Assembly (NCBI GenBank): GCA_964035545.1
Contig: OZ037769.1
Coordinates: forward strand, 12,306,633 to 12,370,632
Source of the DNA: Bugula neritina
Lineage: Eukaryota; Animalia; Bryozoa
Direction of reading: 5' to 3'
DNA: 64,000 nucleotides
Numbering within the stretch: position 1 is the first letter of the stretch; each line of letters starts with the position of its first letter. Below, one piece after another: positions 51,007 to 64,000 of the stretch. The notes under the pieces are model-generated. The model was not told the DNA's origin and did no database searches. It saw nothing but the letters and a program-made list of their open reading frames with translations. The position numbers and the translations under genes are program-made.

Positions 51007-53059
51007 AAAACTAGATGCGATCATGGGTTTTGCTGGATGTACTGCAAAATGTGCTGCAAATTTACTATTTCATAACCACTTGCTTTTACAAACTCTTGGG
51101 CTGCAGCAACATCTCATCACTGTGTTAAATGATAAGATCATAGTATAAAGTTTTCACAGGTAGAGCAACTTTTTAACACATGCATGCACGCAATGATATT
51201 GCTACTGTAAACCCCACAACCACTCTGTTTGAGATGAACCTATTTTAAATAATGCTAGTGGGACTTTGACTTTTTCAGAAGCCTGAATCCTTTTACTCAT
51301 CAAGTTATAGTTTGTTCTGCAACTCCTGAAATATTTGAAACTATAGCCTTCTGGAATCACCACCCTTTGTTTGGTCAACATGCGAGTCTTACATGAGCAA
51401 GAAACTTCCTTTTTTTGTCATAAGTATAATTGTGGGAATGGTTGTTAGCATTTTCCTCAAGTTACTTTCATGCAGCTTGAATAGAAGCTGAAGAGAGCAT
51501 ACATTGAAAATGGTAAAATTGTTTAGAAGTGCATTATCTGATAAGACAACTCTGAAGGTTCTCTATCCGGTGGTCAAAGATAGTGATTTATTTATTTATT
51601 TACCGAATCAGTTCATTTATTTATTTACTGAAACATATTATTACATTGTTATACCACTAAGATGTTTTATTTCATTCTAAAGTTTCTATTTTATAAAACT
51701 ATTTACATGAAAATACATATAAATTAATAAACAAAATAACTTTGTTGTAATCAATTCTTGTGAGGCAGTATAATTAACACCATACATAGAAAACTTTTAA
51801 CACGAAAACAATTACATAAAACTATAGATAATTTTTAATGATAGTGGTTCCTGGAACTTTGCTGAGAAACAAAGATGATAGAGTAGGAAATACTCAGCTG
51901 TCTACTTGAATGAGATTATCATGAGAGAATAAAAGAAATGTTAATGGCTAAATAAACAAGCCTGTATGCTTTTTAATATATACATAAGACTTAGCAAGAT
52001 GCCACATGAGAGCCGTAAAGCATTAAAACAGCACCTGGCTGTTGTTTGGAAGTTGTCACACCATTTGCAGCATCAGTTGTTGACTGATCAGCATATAATC
52101 TGTCACCATGAGTATTATTGAGGTGAATTTACAGTAGCTACTCAAATACCTGCCCCCCTTCTCTGATACCCAAATACTGCGGTGGCACGCAGTAAGAACC
52201 CATGTATAAGCAGCTTGGGGATAACTGGGTGGTACTGAAAAAACCCATTAAGTTCATTGCCTAAGAACTTTGACCAGTAAACTTGTGTGATCTATAGTTA
52301 TATTCACGTAGATCAAGTGCTAAGTGTGGGTAGCAAGGAGTTGTTTCTCCTTGCGCATTTTGCAGTGCAGCTTACTTTTTAAACATTAATAGCCCCAGGT
52401 TTATACCAGCCAGATCGATTCAGAACCAGCAGGCTACAACCCAGCACCCTGAAATAGTTTTAAATAAAACACTATAAATTTCGTGACTTATAAACTAAAT
52501 TTCAACTCTGATCAAAAGCTAGTGATATAAAATTCAAAGGAAATATTGTGCAGGTTTTCAGCAAATGTAAACAATGTTAGAAAATTTAATTATAACACTC
52601 AATGCATGCACACCATGCAAAAATCAGCTCAGTTTTGGTAAACCACTGCATAGAATGAACTGCAATACTGATGTGTGTTTACATAATTGGTAAGTAATAT
52701 AGTAATTTGTAATGAGGTTCAACTTTATCAAGTTTTTACTAATTTTTTAATAATAACTCCAGTTGTTTTTTATTTTGGGTCACTAGTGCAGTGGTTGGGA
52801 CACCGATCAGTATAAAAGCCACTGAAATGAAATAATATTATACGAGTTATTTCAGTTCAGTAATACAAACGATGCATCTAATGACCCCATACTTTGTACT
52901 GCATCTAGCGATTTTCAAAAAAGCTACTGCGATTGTAGAGTCGTTCAATGATAATACATACTTGCGTGAGATACGCACGCCCGCCACACGAGGATTAGCT
53001 TTGAATCAACGTGATGTAATAGTCACCTTTAACCCTTTGATCGCTATAGTAATATCCAA

Positions 53060-53130
53060 TGGGGTTGCTTTTCCTTGTCATTGTCATCGTCACCTGGTAA
53101 TATTGGCGTTGCGAAATGTCACATGACGTA
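53060..53130 (+). promoter_or_regulatory. Putative promoter motifs upstream of DAZAP2 (CCAAT boxes, E-box GTCACATGAC overlapping TGACGTA)
   Basis: CCAAT at 53066, ATTGG at 53102 and GTCACATGAC at 53118-53127, in a locally CpG-richer patch. Confidence 0.4.
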
Positions 53131-53134
53131 ATTA

Positions 53135-53835
53135 TATACTATAACCTAAACTATAAGTATAACTTATAACTTAAACTATAAGCATTGCTACACCAGTCTC
53201 AACTTTTCAGAAGCCTAAGACTTCCTAATCACAATGATAACCACCGTGATTATTATTTTCACTTTGAGCTACAATAATTTAGCTCTAATACTAATAGTAA
53301 TACTAATACTAATACTTATACTAATAGTAATAGTTTCAAGTTTGTGATATTATTGTTAAGAATAATTTCAATCATTAGTAATACTAATAGTAATAGTAAT
53401 AGTCATTACTCATACTCATAGTCATTACTCATTAGACTTAGTCTCAGATTAGTACTATCAGTATCACTATTACTATCACTATGAGTATGAGTACCAGTGT
53501 TACAGTATGAGTTGGTCACTATGACTATCACTATGACTATGAGTATCACTTGTTGATTATTCACTATGAGTATGAGAGTATTACTATGACTATCACTATC
53601 AGTATGACTATCACTATGTCTATTACTATTACTAGTATTAGTATTACTATTAGTATTACTCTATTGGCGTATTAGTATTAGTATTACATTTACTGTATTA
53701 GTTATACTTGTAAGTCTAGTTATAAGTTATATTTACTAAATAACTTATTAGTAATATTATTAGTAGTATTAATAGGCCTACTAATAGTATTACTATTAGT
53801 ATTAGTATTGCTACTACTAGTTGTACTAGTAATAC

Positions 53836-53868
<33 letters not shown>

Positions 53869-53985
53869 CACTAGTAGTAGGGCACTACTATTACAGGCTA
53901 CTTTACTACTACTATACTTTTACTAATCAATTAAGTATTACTATAACTATCAGTATGAAATTGGCCTTGGGTATTACTAATACAC
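53135..53985. repeat. Cryptic 6-bp-periodic ACT/AGT tract upstream of DAZAP2, with (GTA)n
   Basis: AGTATC ACTATT ACTATC ACTATG AGTATG and similar hexamers. Confidence 0.75.
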
Positions 53986-54971
53986 AGGTTCACCGGTTCA
54001 GACAAGACAATTAATTGAGCTGATTTAATTAAATTTAAATTAATTTGCTAGTACTTGATCAAGTCAATATACAATTACATGGTGTTTGTTAAATTTGGTA
54101 TGAGTATCTAAAAGGTTGCATATGTTTATTCTATTAGTTAGTAGAAGTTAGCGAGTAATTAGTAGTCATTTGACCTAATCGGTGATAACTTCAATCCCAT
54201 CACCAATCACTATCACCTATTTTGTCCCAGACTTATTTTAATGTTGTGTTTTCCATAAAGTGAAATGTTAATATGGCTATCATACCAATGGATACTATTT
54301 TTCACAGCTAAATACATAAAATGCCATCTTATTATGGGGGTGCTGTCCCCTCCCCATCCCGACTCTTCTCCTAGTATTTAGTTAATAGCAAGTGCTATAA
54401 CATGTAGTAACCTACAATCATTTTAATCTGTTTGTCATCATCCCAAAAATAATCTTGATACTTTTAATTTTTATTAGGCTTTGCAAGATACATTTATTGT
54501 TAGACACTAATCAGTAAAACTAAATGACTACTGAGTCTAGTGCTATTGTTTTATCACTTATTCCCAGCTTCTATTTTTTCTTTGGCTACCTTGTTTAGTC
54601 TTTCCCCATATTTTATCCTCGATGTTTGTATAAATCAATGCACTTTTATTAGTTATTTGTTGAGTTGTACTAGAGTTTACCGTATTATATATCCATCTGT
54701 TAGTGGATGATGACTCACATTTAGCTTGCTAGGTAATTTATGGTTTTATTTTACTTTCATTGCTTTCATTTTACTCAAATGATTCTCAATGTATCTCCAT
54801 AATATCACCTGGCAGCTCAAATTTAGCTAAATTTCTAGCTTGCATCTTACTTATCGTATTTTATTTTATCTGCCTCTGTATATTGTATGTGGAAATGTTT
54901 TCTAAGATTTAGTGTGTGTTGTTTATAATTTAGACAACAAAATCAAGTTTGAATAGTTTCGGACACCTAGC

Positions 54972-57900
54972 ATGCCTTTCTTTGGTTCAAAAAAGGAAAA
55001 GCAGCCAAAAATGAGTAAGTAGAAGCTTCCAGAAATTATGGGTAAAATACTTCATTTATCTTTAGCCATTCTTTTGGAATAATATATTACTAGTTTTAGA
55101 ATAACATGACTAGTAGTAGAGTGATATGACTAGTAGTAGAGTAATATGACTAATAGTAGAGTAATATAACTAGTAGTAGAGTGATATGATTAGTAGTAGA
55201 GTAATATGACTAGTAGTAGAGTAATATAACTAGTAGTAGAGTAATATAACTAGTAGTAGAGTAATATGACTAGTAGTAGAGTGATATGACTAGTTGTAGA
55301 GTAATATGACTAGTAGTAGAATGATATGACTAGTAGTAGAATAATATGATTAGCGGTAGAGTGATATGACTAGTAGTAGAGTGATGTGACTAGTAGTAGA
55401 GTGATATGACTAGTAGTAGAGTAATATGACTAGTAGTAGAGTAATATAACTAGTAGTAGAGTAATATGACTAGTAGTAGAGTGATATGACTAGTAGTAGA
55501 GTAATATGACTAGTAGTAGAGTGATATGACTAGTAGTAGAGTGATATGACTAGTAGTAGAGTAATATGACTAGTAGTAGAGTGATATGACTAGTAGTAGA
55601 GTGATATGACTAGTAGTAGAGTAATATGACTAGTAGTAGAGTAATATAACTAGTAGTAGAGTAATATAACTAGTAGTAGAGTAATATGACTAGTAGTAGA
55701 GTGATATGACTAGTTGTAGAGTAATATGACTAGTAGTAGAATGATATGACTAGTAGTAGAATAATATGATTAGCGGTAGAGTGATATGACTAGTAGTAGA
55801 GTGATATGACTAGTAGTAGAGTGATATGACTAGTAGTAGAGTAATATGACTAGTAGTAGAGTAATATAACTAGTAGTAGAGTAATATGACTAGTAGTAGA
55901 GTGATATGACTAGTAGTAGAGTAATATGACTAGTAGTAGAGTGATATGACTAGTAGTAGAGTGATATGACTAGTAGTAGAGTAATATGACTAGTAGTAGA
56001 GTGATATGACTAGTAGTAGAGTGATATGACTAGTAGTAGAGTAATATGACTAGTTGTAGAGTAATATAACTAGTAGTAGAGTAATATGACTAGTAGTAGA
56101 GTAATATAACTAGTAGTAGAGTAATATAACTAGTAGTAGAGTAATATAACTAGTAGTAGAGTAATATGACTAGTAGTAGAGTGATATGACTAGTTGTAGA
56201 GTAATATGACTAGTAGTAGAATGATATGACTAGTAGTAGAATAATATGACTAGTAGTAGAATAATATGATTAGCGGTAGAGTGATATGACTAGTAGTAGA
56301 ATAATATGACTAGTTGTAGAGTAATATGACTAGTAGTAGAATGATATGACTAGTAGTAGAATAATATGATTAGCGGTAGAGTGATATGACTAGTAGTAGA
56401 GTAATATAACTAGTAGTAGAGTGATATGACTAGTAGTAGAGTGATATGACCAGTAGTAGAGTGATATGACTAGTAGTAGAGTGATATGACTAGTAGTAGA
56501 GTGATATGACTAGTAGTAGAGTAATATGACTAGTAGTAGAGTAATATGACTAGTAGTAGAGTAATATGACTAGTAGTAGAGTAATATGACTAGTAGTAGA
56601 GTAATATGACTAGTAGTAGAGTAATATGACTAGTAGTAGAGTAATATGACTAGTAGTAGAATAATATGACTAGTAGTAGAGTAATATGACTAGTAGTAGA
56701 GTAATATGACTAGTAGTAGAGTAATATGACTAGTAGTAGAGTAATATGACTAGTAGTAGAGTAATATAACTAGTAGTAGGGTAACATGACTAGTAGTAGT
56801 GTGATATAATATATGGCTTGGTATAGTGATATATGACATATAGTGAGCTATGTCTAAGTTCAATGACCCCCTGAAGTCATTGACTCACTGAACATAAGCC
56901 CAGCTTTGTTTTTACATGACAACAATGTTTCTACATGACCTATTCTTGGAAGTTATGTGCTATTCATGTATATTTTAATTAAATGAGCTTTTCATGTCTT
57001 TTATCAGAAATTCTAAGCTCTGTGCTAAAATTAATTTCCTGAACTGTAGCAAGTACCAAACTTGCTAAATATCTCATTTCCCTGCTCCTATGTGTAAAAC
57101 TTGTGTCAGGTATTTATGTGCACTGTTTATAGAAAGTTGTCTTCTTTTCTAATATCCATGCTATAGAGTTTAGAGATTCCTTTAATGACAGCACAGCTTC
57201 TTCGAAGCGTAGTGAAACCACTGTGGCTAAAGCTCTGAACTATATATGCCAACTAAGAAATTTAAGCTTGATTTTCTAAATTTATATTTCATTTATTAAA
57301 GCCAATAGAATTCGCTGAAGACTTTTGTGTTGGCACTTATAGCCAAATACACGGTACAGTATGTTGGTAGGTGGTGGATATCCAAAGCAGTCCCCATACC
57401 CCACGCAGCCTTCAGCCTACCCCACCCAGCCTTCAGCACTACAAGCTGGTGCCGCTCCTCCGCCTTACACCCCACAGGCTACTCCCCAGTACGGAGCACC
57501 ACCACCTCCTCAGTACGCCGCCCCTCCGGCACAGTACGGTAGGTTCATAAGCTATTGTATACAGCATATACTTGCCACCTCTTCCTGGATTACTAGAGAA
57601 ATTTGTTAAAGTTTTGATGTTTCCAGATGTTGTACAGTTTGCTAGTGTACTAATTTTATCTTACTTCACTGCAATGTGGGTTTTAGCACTTTCCTTCACA
57701 ATTCTGTTTTTCACCCAGTATTGATATTAAATGAATATTGTGTTACTAGTTGTGTATTGGGACAATGACTGACTAGCACCATGTTTTCCATAGTTGGATT
57801 AAGTAAGTTATTGCATCATTATTTGCTCTGCACACACTTGTCAGTTATCAGTAACTTATCTTTAATAAACTCTAATCATTTCGCAACAAGCCTACTGCTT

Positions 57901-59348
57901 AACATTTGTGTATCAACCTGTGTTATTAGTTGGCAATCAATCTACATATGAAATATGGATTTTTTTCACATGACCATTTATCATGCTCCTTGGTCGAAGG
58001 TAATATTTTAAAATATTGCTATTATACTTTATATGTTTATAGGCCAGCCAGCCTACTACCCTCAACAACCACAGTACGGTTATGCCGGGGCCTACCCTCT
58101 ACACCCGCAAATAGCTCCTGGATCTCACGTTGTGGGTCACGGTGTGTTTGACGCAGGTGCCAGGTTCAATAGTGGAGCTGGTGTGAACGTTCCAGTGAGT
58201 ATTTAAACTGTTCTAGTGTCATGTAGCTGGTTTATTGTACCTCTACATTACCTCTATACTTTCTATGTGATGAGTATACAGTATACTCTACATTACCTCT
58301 ATACTTTCTATGTGATGAGTATATAGTATGCTCTACGTTCCCTCTACACTTTCTATGAGATGAGTATACAGTATACTCTACATTACCTCTACACTTTCTA
58401 TGTGATGAGTATATAGTATACTCTACATTACCTCTACACTTTCTATGAGATGAGTATACAGTATACTCTACATTACCTCTATACTTTCTATGAGATGAGT
58501 ATACAGTATACTCTACATTACCTCTATACTTTCTATGAGATGAGTATACAGTATACTCTACATTACCTCTACACTTTCTATGAGATGAGTATACAGTATA
58601 CTCTACATTACCTCTACACTTTCTATGTGATGAGTATACAGTATACTCTACATTACCTCTACACTTTCTATGTGATGAGTATATAGTATACTCTACATTA
58701 CCTCTATACTTTCTATGAGATGAGTATACAGTATACTCTACATTACCTCTACACTTTCTATGTGATGAGTATACAGTATACTCTACATTACCTCTACTGG
58801 TACATCTACATAAAACCTCTCCAGTAGTGACAGTTATCAGCCTCAGCCTATTTTGTAAGATGAACAAATCACTGAATAGTAATATTGTAAATATTGCCTT
58901 TTAGGATAATTATGTCTGATGGAAAGTTCTAGAACAAGTAGAAAATGTTATTTTGTCTGTGAGATTTCAACGATCAAGATGACAAGTTTTCTTCTGTGAA
59001 AATATTCTTTCATTCTGTATTGAAATTAAACATATACAGAGTTTTAAAGAACACAAAATCTAAATTTTTAGTAATTCTCAGTGTTACCAAAGACTGTAGT
59101 TCTCAGTGTTACCAAAGACTGTAGTTCTCAGTGTTATCAAAGACTGTAGTTCTCAGTGTTACAATGTTGATGTCATTTCCTCGGTTGTAGCTGTTTATTA
59201 TGTCACGTTGTAGCCGCCACCCCCTGGCTGCATGCCCAATGCTGCTCAGTATGCTGCTGCCCACGGTGGGACCATCACCATGTCTCAGAACAAAGCAGGC
59301 TTCTTCTCGGCTGGGTCCGATGGTGGCGTTTCCACTCACATTGACTAA
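54972..59348 (+). CDS. DAZAP2: DAZ-associated protein 2 (proline-rich); exons 54972-55014, 57371-57538, 58043-58194, 59214-59348
   Basis: C-terminus GVFDAGARFNSGAGVNVPPPPPGCMPNAAQYAAAHGGTITMSQNKAGFFSAGSDGG matches the DAZAP2 signature (DAGARF...PPPPPGCPPNAAQ...FFMGGSDGG). PPPY motif; AATAAA at 59389. Confidence 0.9.
55095..56800 (+). repeat. 20-bp minisatellite, ~85 units, in a DAZAP2 intron
   Basis: GTAATATGACTAGTAGTAGA units with a higher-order variant pattern. Confidence 0.98.
58238..58797 (+). repeat. 45-bp minisatellite, ~12 units, in a DAZAP2 intron
   Basis: TACCTCTACACTTTCTATGTGATGAGTATACAGTATACTCTACAT; internal hairpin GAGTATA-cag-TATACTC. Confidence 0.97.
59075..59162 (+). repeat. 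25-bp tandem repeat x3.5 upstream of the last DAZAP2 acceptor
   Basis: TTCTCAGTGTTACCAAAGACTGTAG units. Confidence 0.9.
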
Positions 59349-60509
59349 CTCTCTTCGTATTTACAAATTCAAGTATACTTCTCATGAAAATAAACACTTC
59401 GTTTGTTGGTAAATTTTATTTTCTCTTTTATTTTTCACAAATCAGTATGTTATTTTTGTATGGAATGATTTTATTCTCTCTAGTTATAGTAATATTCTGT
59501 TGTAACTATTTTTATGAAAAATATGTGATATTACTGTGTGGTTTGAACAATAATCTATGTAGTGGTTGACAAATTAACCCCTGTATCTAATATAATGGTT
59601 TGAAGGAAATACAACTCCCACTCACACCAGGCACTTGACTGTAAATAAGAAGTTCAAGAGAAAATAATTATCACAAGAACTTTTCATTAGTACCTCTCAT
59701 TTACATATGGGTTCTTAGAATAACCATTAGTTCAACATTATGTCATGCTACAGCTATCCTTTATTTCTTATGTAAATAGAAATAAGTATTATATTATATA
59801 GTATTATATAGTACCAGCATCACATGGAAATCAAGCACTTTTATGTGTAAATTTCCTAGAGTAGCTATGGAATTTTCTGAAAAAAAAACAGCAAGTATTT
59901 TATTACTAAAAATAATGCTAGAGAAATGCTCAATATTCTATATCTAGAAGGCTGCATCCAAAAAACACTTCAGAATTGCTTTACTGTATAAAAGTATATT
60001 TAGTTTTACAGCCAGACATGGAGCTGTCAATTACATTTCAACTTGGTTTGTTTAGATTTTATAGTTCTCATTTTGATGAAGTATTTTTGATGTTTGATTA
60101 ATAGTTTGTGCAATGCGGAGGCAACTTCGATGTTGCAAACGTTGTTAATAATATAATGTTGGGCCAAGGAGGCTGTAGAAAATTACGTGATAAGCAGCAC
60201 AAAGTATGGAGTCGCTGAGGGTGGTAGATCAAGGGATTGGAAATCCTGGTCCTGGTTGATAATTTGTTTTTAAAATGCTGCACTTGATAACAGAAAACTA
60301 TGTGCTGCATCTAACGATCCTTTTAGTTTTAGGAAAGTGACTACTCTTTTCTGAAAGGTTAAAGGGCAACCAAATATTCTACATACAACCCCTTCACTTG
60401 TCGTCCAGTGACCAGCCAAGCCCAATGGAAGTCTCTATCAAATTCAATATGATTATAAATATTGCGTATTATTACTTGTTAATGTGGAGGCTCTTTTTCT
60501 TAGCCTGAC

Positions 60510-61500
60510 TGTATAGTATATACTGTATACCTAATCGTACAGTTTTACCGTTAGGCTTTTACTTTTACTTTTAGTTACACTTACTGTTATATTTAATGAT
60601 AATCTTTATCTTATACTTAATACTAATACTAATAGTAATAGTAATACTAATAGTTAATACTAATAGTAATACTAATAGTAATAGTTAATACTTATAGTTA
60701 TACTTAATCTTACACTTATAGTATTACTATTACTAATTAGTAATTAGTATTAGTTATACTCATAGTGTAGGTCATAGTAAATTACTAAAAGTAAAACTAA
60801 ATGTAGCTCAAGCTGTTAGTGTAACTGTAAGTGTTACTAACCTTAAGAGTAAAACTAACTCTAAGAGTAATACTAATACTAATAGTAAGTGATTGTCGCT
60901 CATAATGATAATCACAATGATATTCATATTCACTTTCAGTTTAAGTTTTACACTGACACTCGCACTGACTCTGAGTCTGATAGTGACAACATCAGAGCAT
61001 CACTATGGCTATCAGTATGAGTATGAGTATTTACTTTTAGTTTAGGCATTACAATCACCGCTTAGTCATAGACTCATGGTAAAAGTTAAACTTAAAGTTT
61101 AACTCTCTCAGTATCACTATGTTTAACTTTATGCTGATTGACTACCACTATCATACTCTATTAGCATGTCTATGACTTTCATTATGACTATGAGTATCAC
61201 CTGTAAGTATCACTATCAGTATCAGTGTGAATTTCGATATCAGTAAGAGTATCAGGTCATCAGTATGACCAGGAATATTACTGTCACTATGTAATGATAC
61301 AGAGTGTAAGTATCACTATCAGTATGACTGTGTGTAACTCACTAATTGTATGATACTGATAGTTACTGAGTTGATAAATAAAAATCAGCATGTCTGTTCA
61401 GTTTCACTATTGTAATAATTATATTATAATTATATTTATTCATTTATAATTACTTGTTGTCTTTTACTGCATATAATAATAGTCACATTTATAGTCATTT
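60510..61500. repeat. Third cryptic 6-bp-periodic ACT/AGT tract
   Basis: ACTAAT AGTAAT ACTTAT AGTTAT ... AGTATC ACTATC AGTATG. Confidence 0.72.
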
Positions 61501-63766
61501 CCACTATATGTATAATTACAATAATCCCAAATTGATTATAATAATGATAGCTAATATCTATATTCGATGATTAATATTGTACCAAACATTATACTTACTG
61601 ACTCAGTCTAAAATGATAGTAATATTTAATTTATACTCTATGTTTTTATTGTGTCTAAAACTAATATGTATTTATTTAAGTTAAACATGGTTTTTTTTTA
61701 CACAAAGGCATCAATATTAGGTGCTTATATTTTTTTAGAAATCAGTTTTATGATTTTTTATCTTGTGCAATAATTTAAAAACTTTTCACTATGCACATCA
61801 TGGCTTAGTCACTCCTTTGGCTTGCCCCTTTCATTTTATAAGGCTCATCTTTGTTGAAACTTATAGGTAGTTGGCGACCTAGCTTATGACAAATAAGCTT
61901 AGTTTATGAGTTAACAAAATAGTTCCGGATACCTAAAAACTATCTTGTTAGTTTTTTATTCAATATCAAATGCTTGTTAGTTTTCTGCCGCCTGGTTTCC
62001 TCAATGAGTACTGTTGATGCTGTTGATGTGTGGCTACAATAAAAACCATGGCGATGACTTACTAGCATTGTGTCCATGCTTTTAGTTAGATGCGAGAAAG
62101 GGGTTTTACATTTTGTTAATTGTTCGAGGCCGGTTCATGTGCAGCGAGATGCTGCATAAAAGATTTGGAACATGGCTAACAATTTGACCTGATCAGCATC
62201 ATGTAATGCGTGATGCTGGTTTTAACACAAATTTAGTAATGTCTAACTTTTGACTCAGTGAAAGTGTCAAAAACCTGGGCAACAAATACAATATAGATGC
62301 TGTTAAATTGATTAGTTAGTCAAGTTAAGCCAAGTCAAACTCAATCATGACTATTTGATTCCACAGAATGCCCGAATCTCGTAATACTTATTATGAAAAA
62401 ACAACTCATTGATATATAATGGTTAATGGTTTACGTTACTTGGTAGACTTACCATATATTCGTTTAACACGAAATATTTGCCAAAAGTTTCATAGATCTT
62501 GGCATAGGAGCTGTGTTAATATTATTTTTTATTTTTCAATTTCATGTTTTAGAATTTTTCAACAGTAGTGATTGAGATGGGTGGGCACCGAAATTTGGAA
62601 TATGCATTTTGGGCAAACGAACAATCTTTCGGCAGTGCAGTTTGTGAGTATAAATATATTTTGGCTCTTCTAATTGAATGTGTGTTATACAGCTACCTAT
62701 TGTAGTTTAAATTTTTTATTTATATTACTTTAACAACATTTGTTTTTAGTGATAACTTTGCCATTGAACCATTCAACCATTCAACCATTCATATTTGTGG
62801 CAATTGTCACAGTGATGTAAAGCATAGTCAGTAAAACAGCTGTAGAATCATGTTGTTGAATTGTCTTTGTGTCTCTTTGGATTGTTTTCTTATGCTTGCA
62901 TATGCTTGCTTTCATACAATTCACAAGTCTGCAAACCCAATGCAACTAATTTTACCAATTAAACAGGGAGACATATTACTGTCCATGACTTTGTATAATT
63001 ATTCGTTTGTTATATTCAGCATAAAATGAAGGAAAAATACACAATTGAAGCAGAAAAGTGTTGTAATAGCACTGCTGCTAGCCATAGTTGGTTGTCAGAT
63101 GGTAGTAACATCTGTTGTAACAGTGTAGTGTAGTTTCAACAGTTCTAGAGTCGTATTTCATTTCATCAATGTAGATTAGTCATTAAGTTGCTCCTCACCA
63201 GACTCCTCCTTCACAGCAAGACTTGAATTTGGCAGTTGATTCCATATCAACAGACAAATTGTTGAAAAGCAATAAGTTATCACTGGAAAAAATGTGGTTA
63301 TTTAAATTTCATCATAATTCTTGTTTTACTTCCAACTAATATAAAATTGTTGTTAGTGGTTCTTTTGTGATGATGGTAGTATTATATTATGTAATGGCCA
63401 GCATTTATTCATTACAATCATGTAATAAACTAGTGAAAGTTAAGTTGTGAGCTTCGTATTAATTGTTGTGAAAGATAGGAACAAGATAATCTAGGTTAGA
63501 GTGAATAACTACTGAAGTTACAATACAATATTTGACAACTGAATGCCAAATAGTGAATTCATAGTTTAAGGAATCTGCATTGTCATTTATTATATAGCAT
63601 ATCAAATTACAAAACCACCTTATGTGATCTATTTAACATGTTTCAGTTCGCCTCCATTGCTAAGTTAATACACATAACACTGGCCTGTGTGAGTCACTAT
63701 TGATGAACCAGCAGGCCGGTTTCATTACTGTTCTAAGTTTAATCATTCTGTTGACTCATCCCTGCC

Positions 63767-63970
63767 AGCAGTCGTGGTCTAGGGGTTAGAGCACTGGCTT
63801 AGTAAACACAAGGTCAGGAGTTTGGAACCCAGTAAAAGCCATCAATTGGTGATGTTAGGAAGAGCATCCAATCAAAATTGCTTCTTTTCCACAATAGAAA
63901 ACATGTCCTTTAAAAAGCCCTTTATCAGGGGTTCTCACAAGAGTAGCAACTAGAAAACCCCCATGAATCT
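63767..63970 (+). mobile_element. SINE family 1 copy
   Basis: GTGGTCTAGGGGTTAGAGCACTGGCTTAGTAAACAC...TTGGTGATGTTAGGAAGAGCATCC...CAGGGGTTCTCACAAGAGTAGCAACTA. Confidence 0.87.
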
Positions 63971-64000
63971 TATTTAGTCATTCCCGTCAGGCTGCCTGTC

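Noticed and set aside
58232-58867. 211-aa repetitive ORF and TGATGA-hairpin units
   Set aside because: Product of a 45-bp minisatellite (a multiple of 3) inside a DAZAP2 intron; no hammerhead core.
60098-63300. Short ORFs and exon-like patches after DAZAP2
   Set aside because: No recognisable protein motif or consistent splice chain; left unannotated.

Overview
AT-rich, intron-rich animal DNA, most likely an invertebrate (the species cannot be determined from this window). Exons were joined by hand into seven spliced genes: the 3' end of DEK (+); an MTG8/ETO/nervy corepressor (-); a divergent PARP14/9-like gene (-) with degenerate macro and ART domains; a secreted PAN/apple + F-type lectin gene (+) nested in one of its introns; 5-aminolevulinate synthase (+); an EP4-like prostanoid GPCR (+); and DAZAP2 (+). 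The most interesting non-coding signals are five. (1) Penelope-like retroelement remnants beside (TA)n tracts carry minimal hammerhead ribozymes with different stems but a shared 76-nt upstream block. (2) Two 105-108 bp TGTA...TACA solo-LTR-like units contain a tRNA-like Pol III cassette and have perfect 5-bp TSDs. (3) Three ~1 kb cryptic 6-bp-periodic ACT/AGT tracts, two of them at gene 5' ends, are each preceded by CCAATGG. (4) ALAS has a duplicated, out-of-frame splice acceptor and a G-U-containing three-way-junction RNA in its 3' UTR. (5) Long perfect palindromes and splice-site-anchored minisatellites occur in several introns. All exon boundaries are manual predictions without transcript support.
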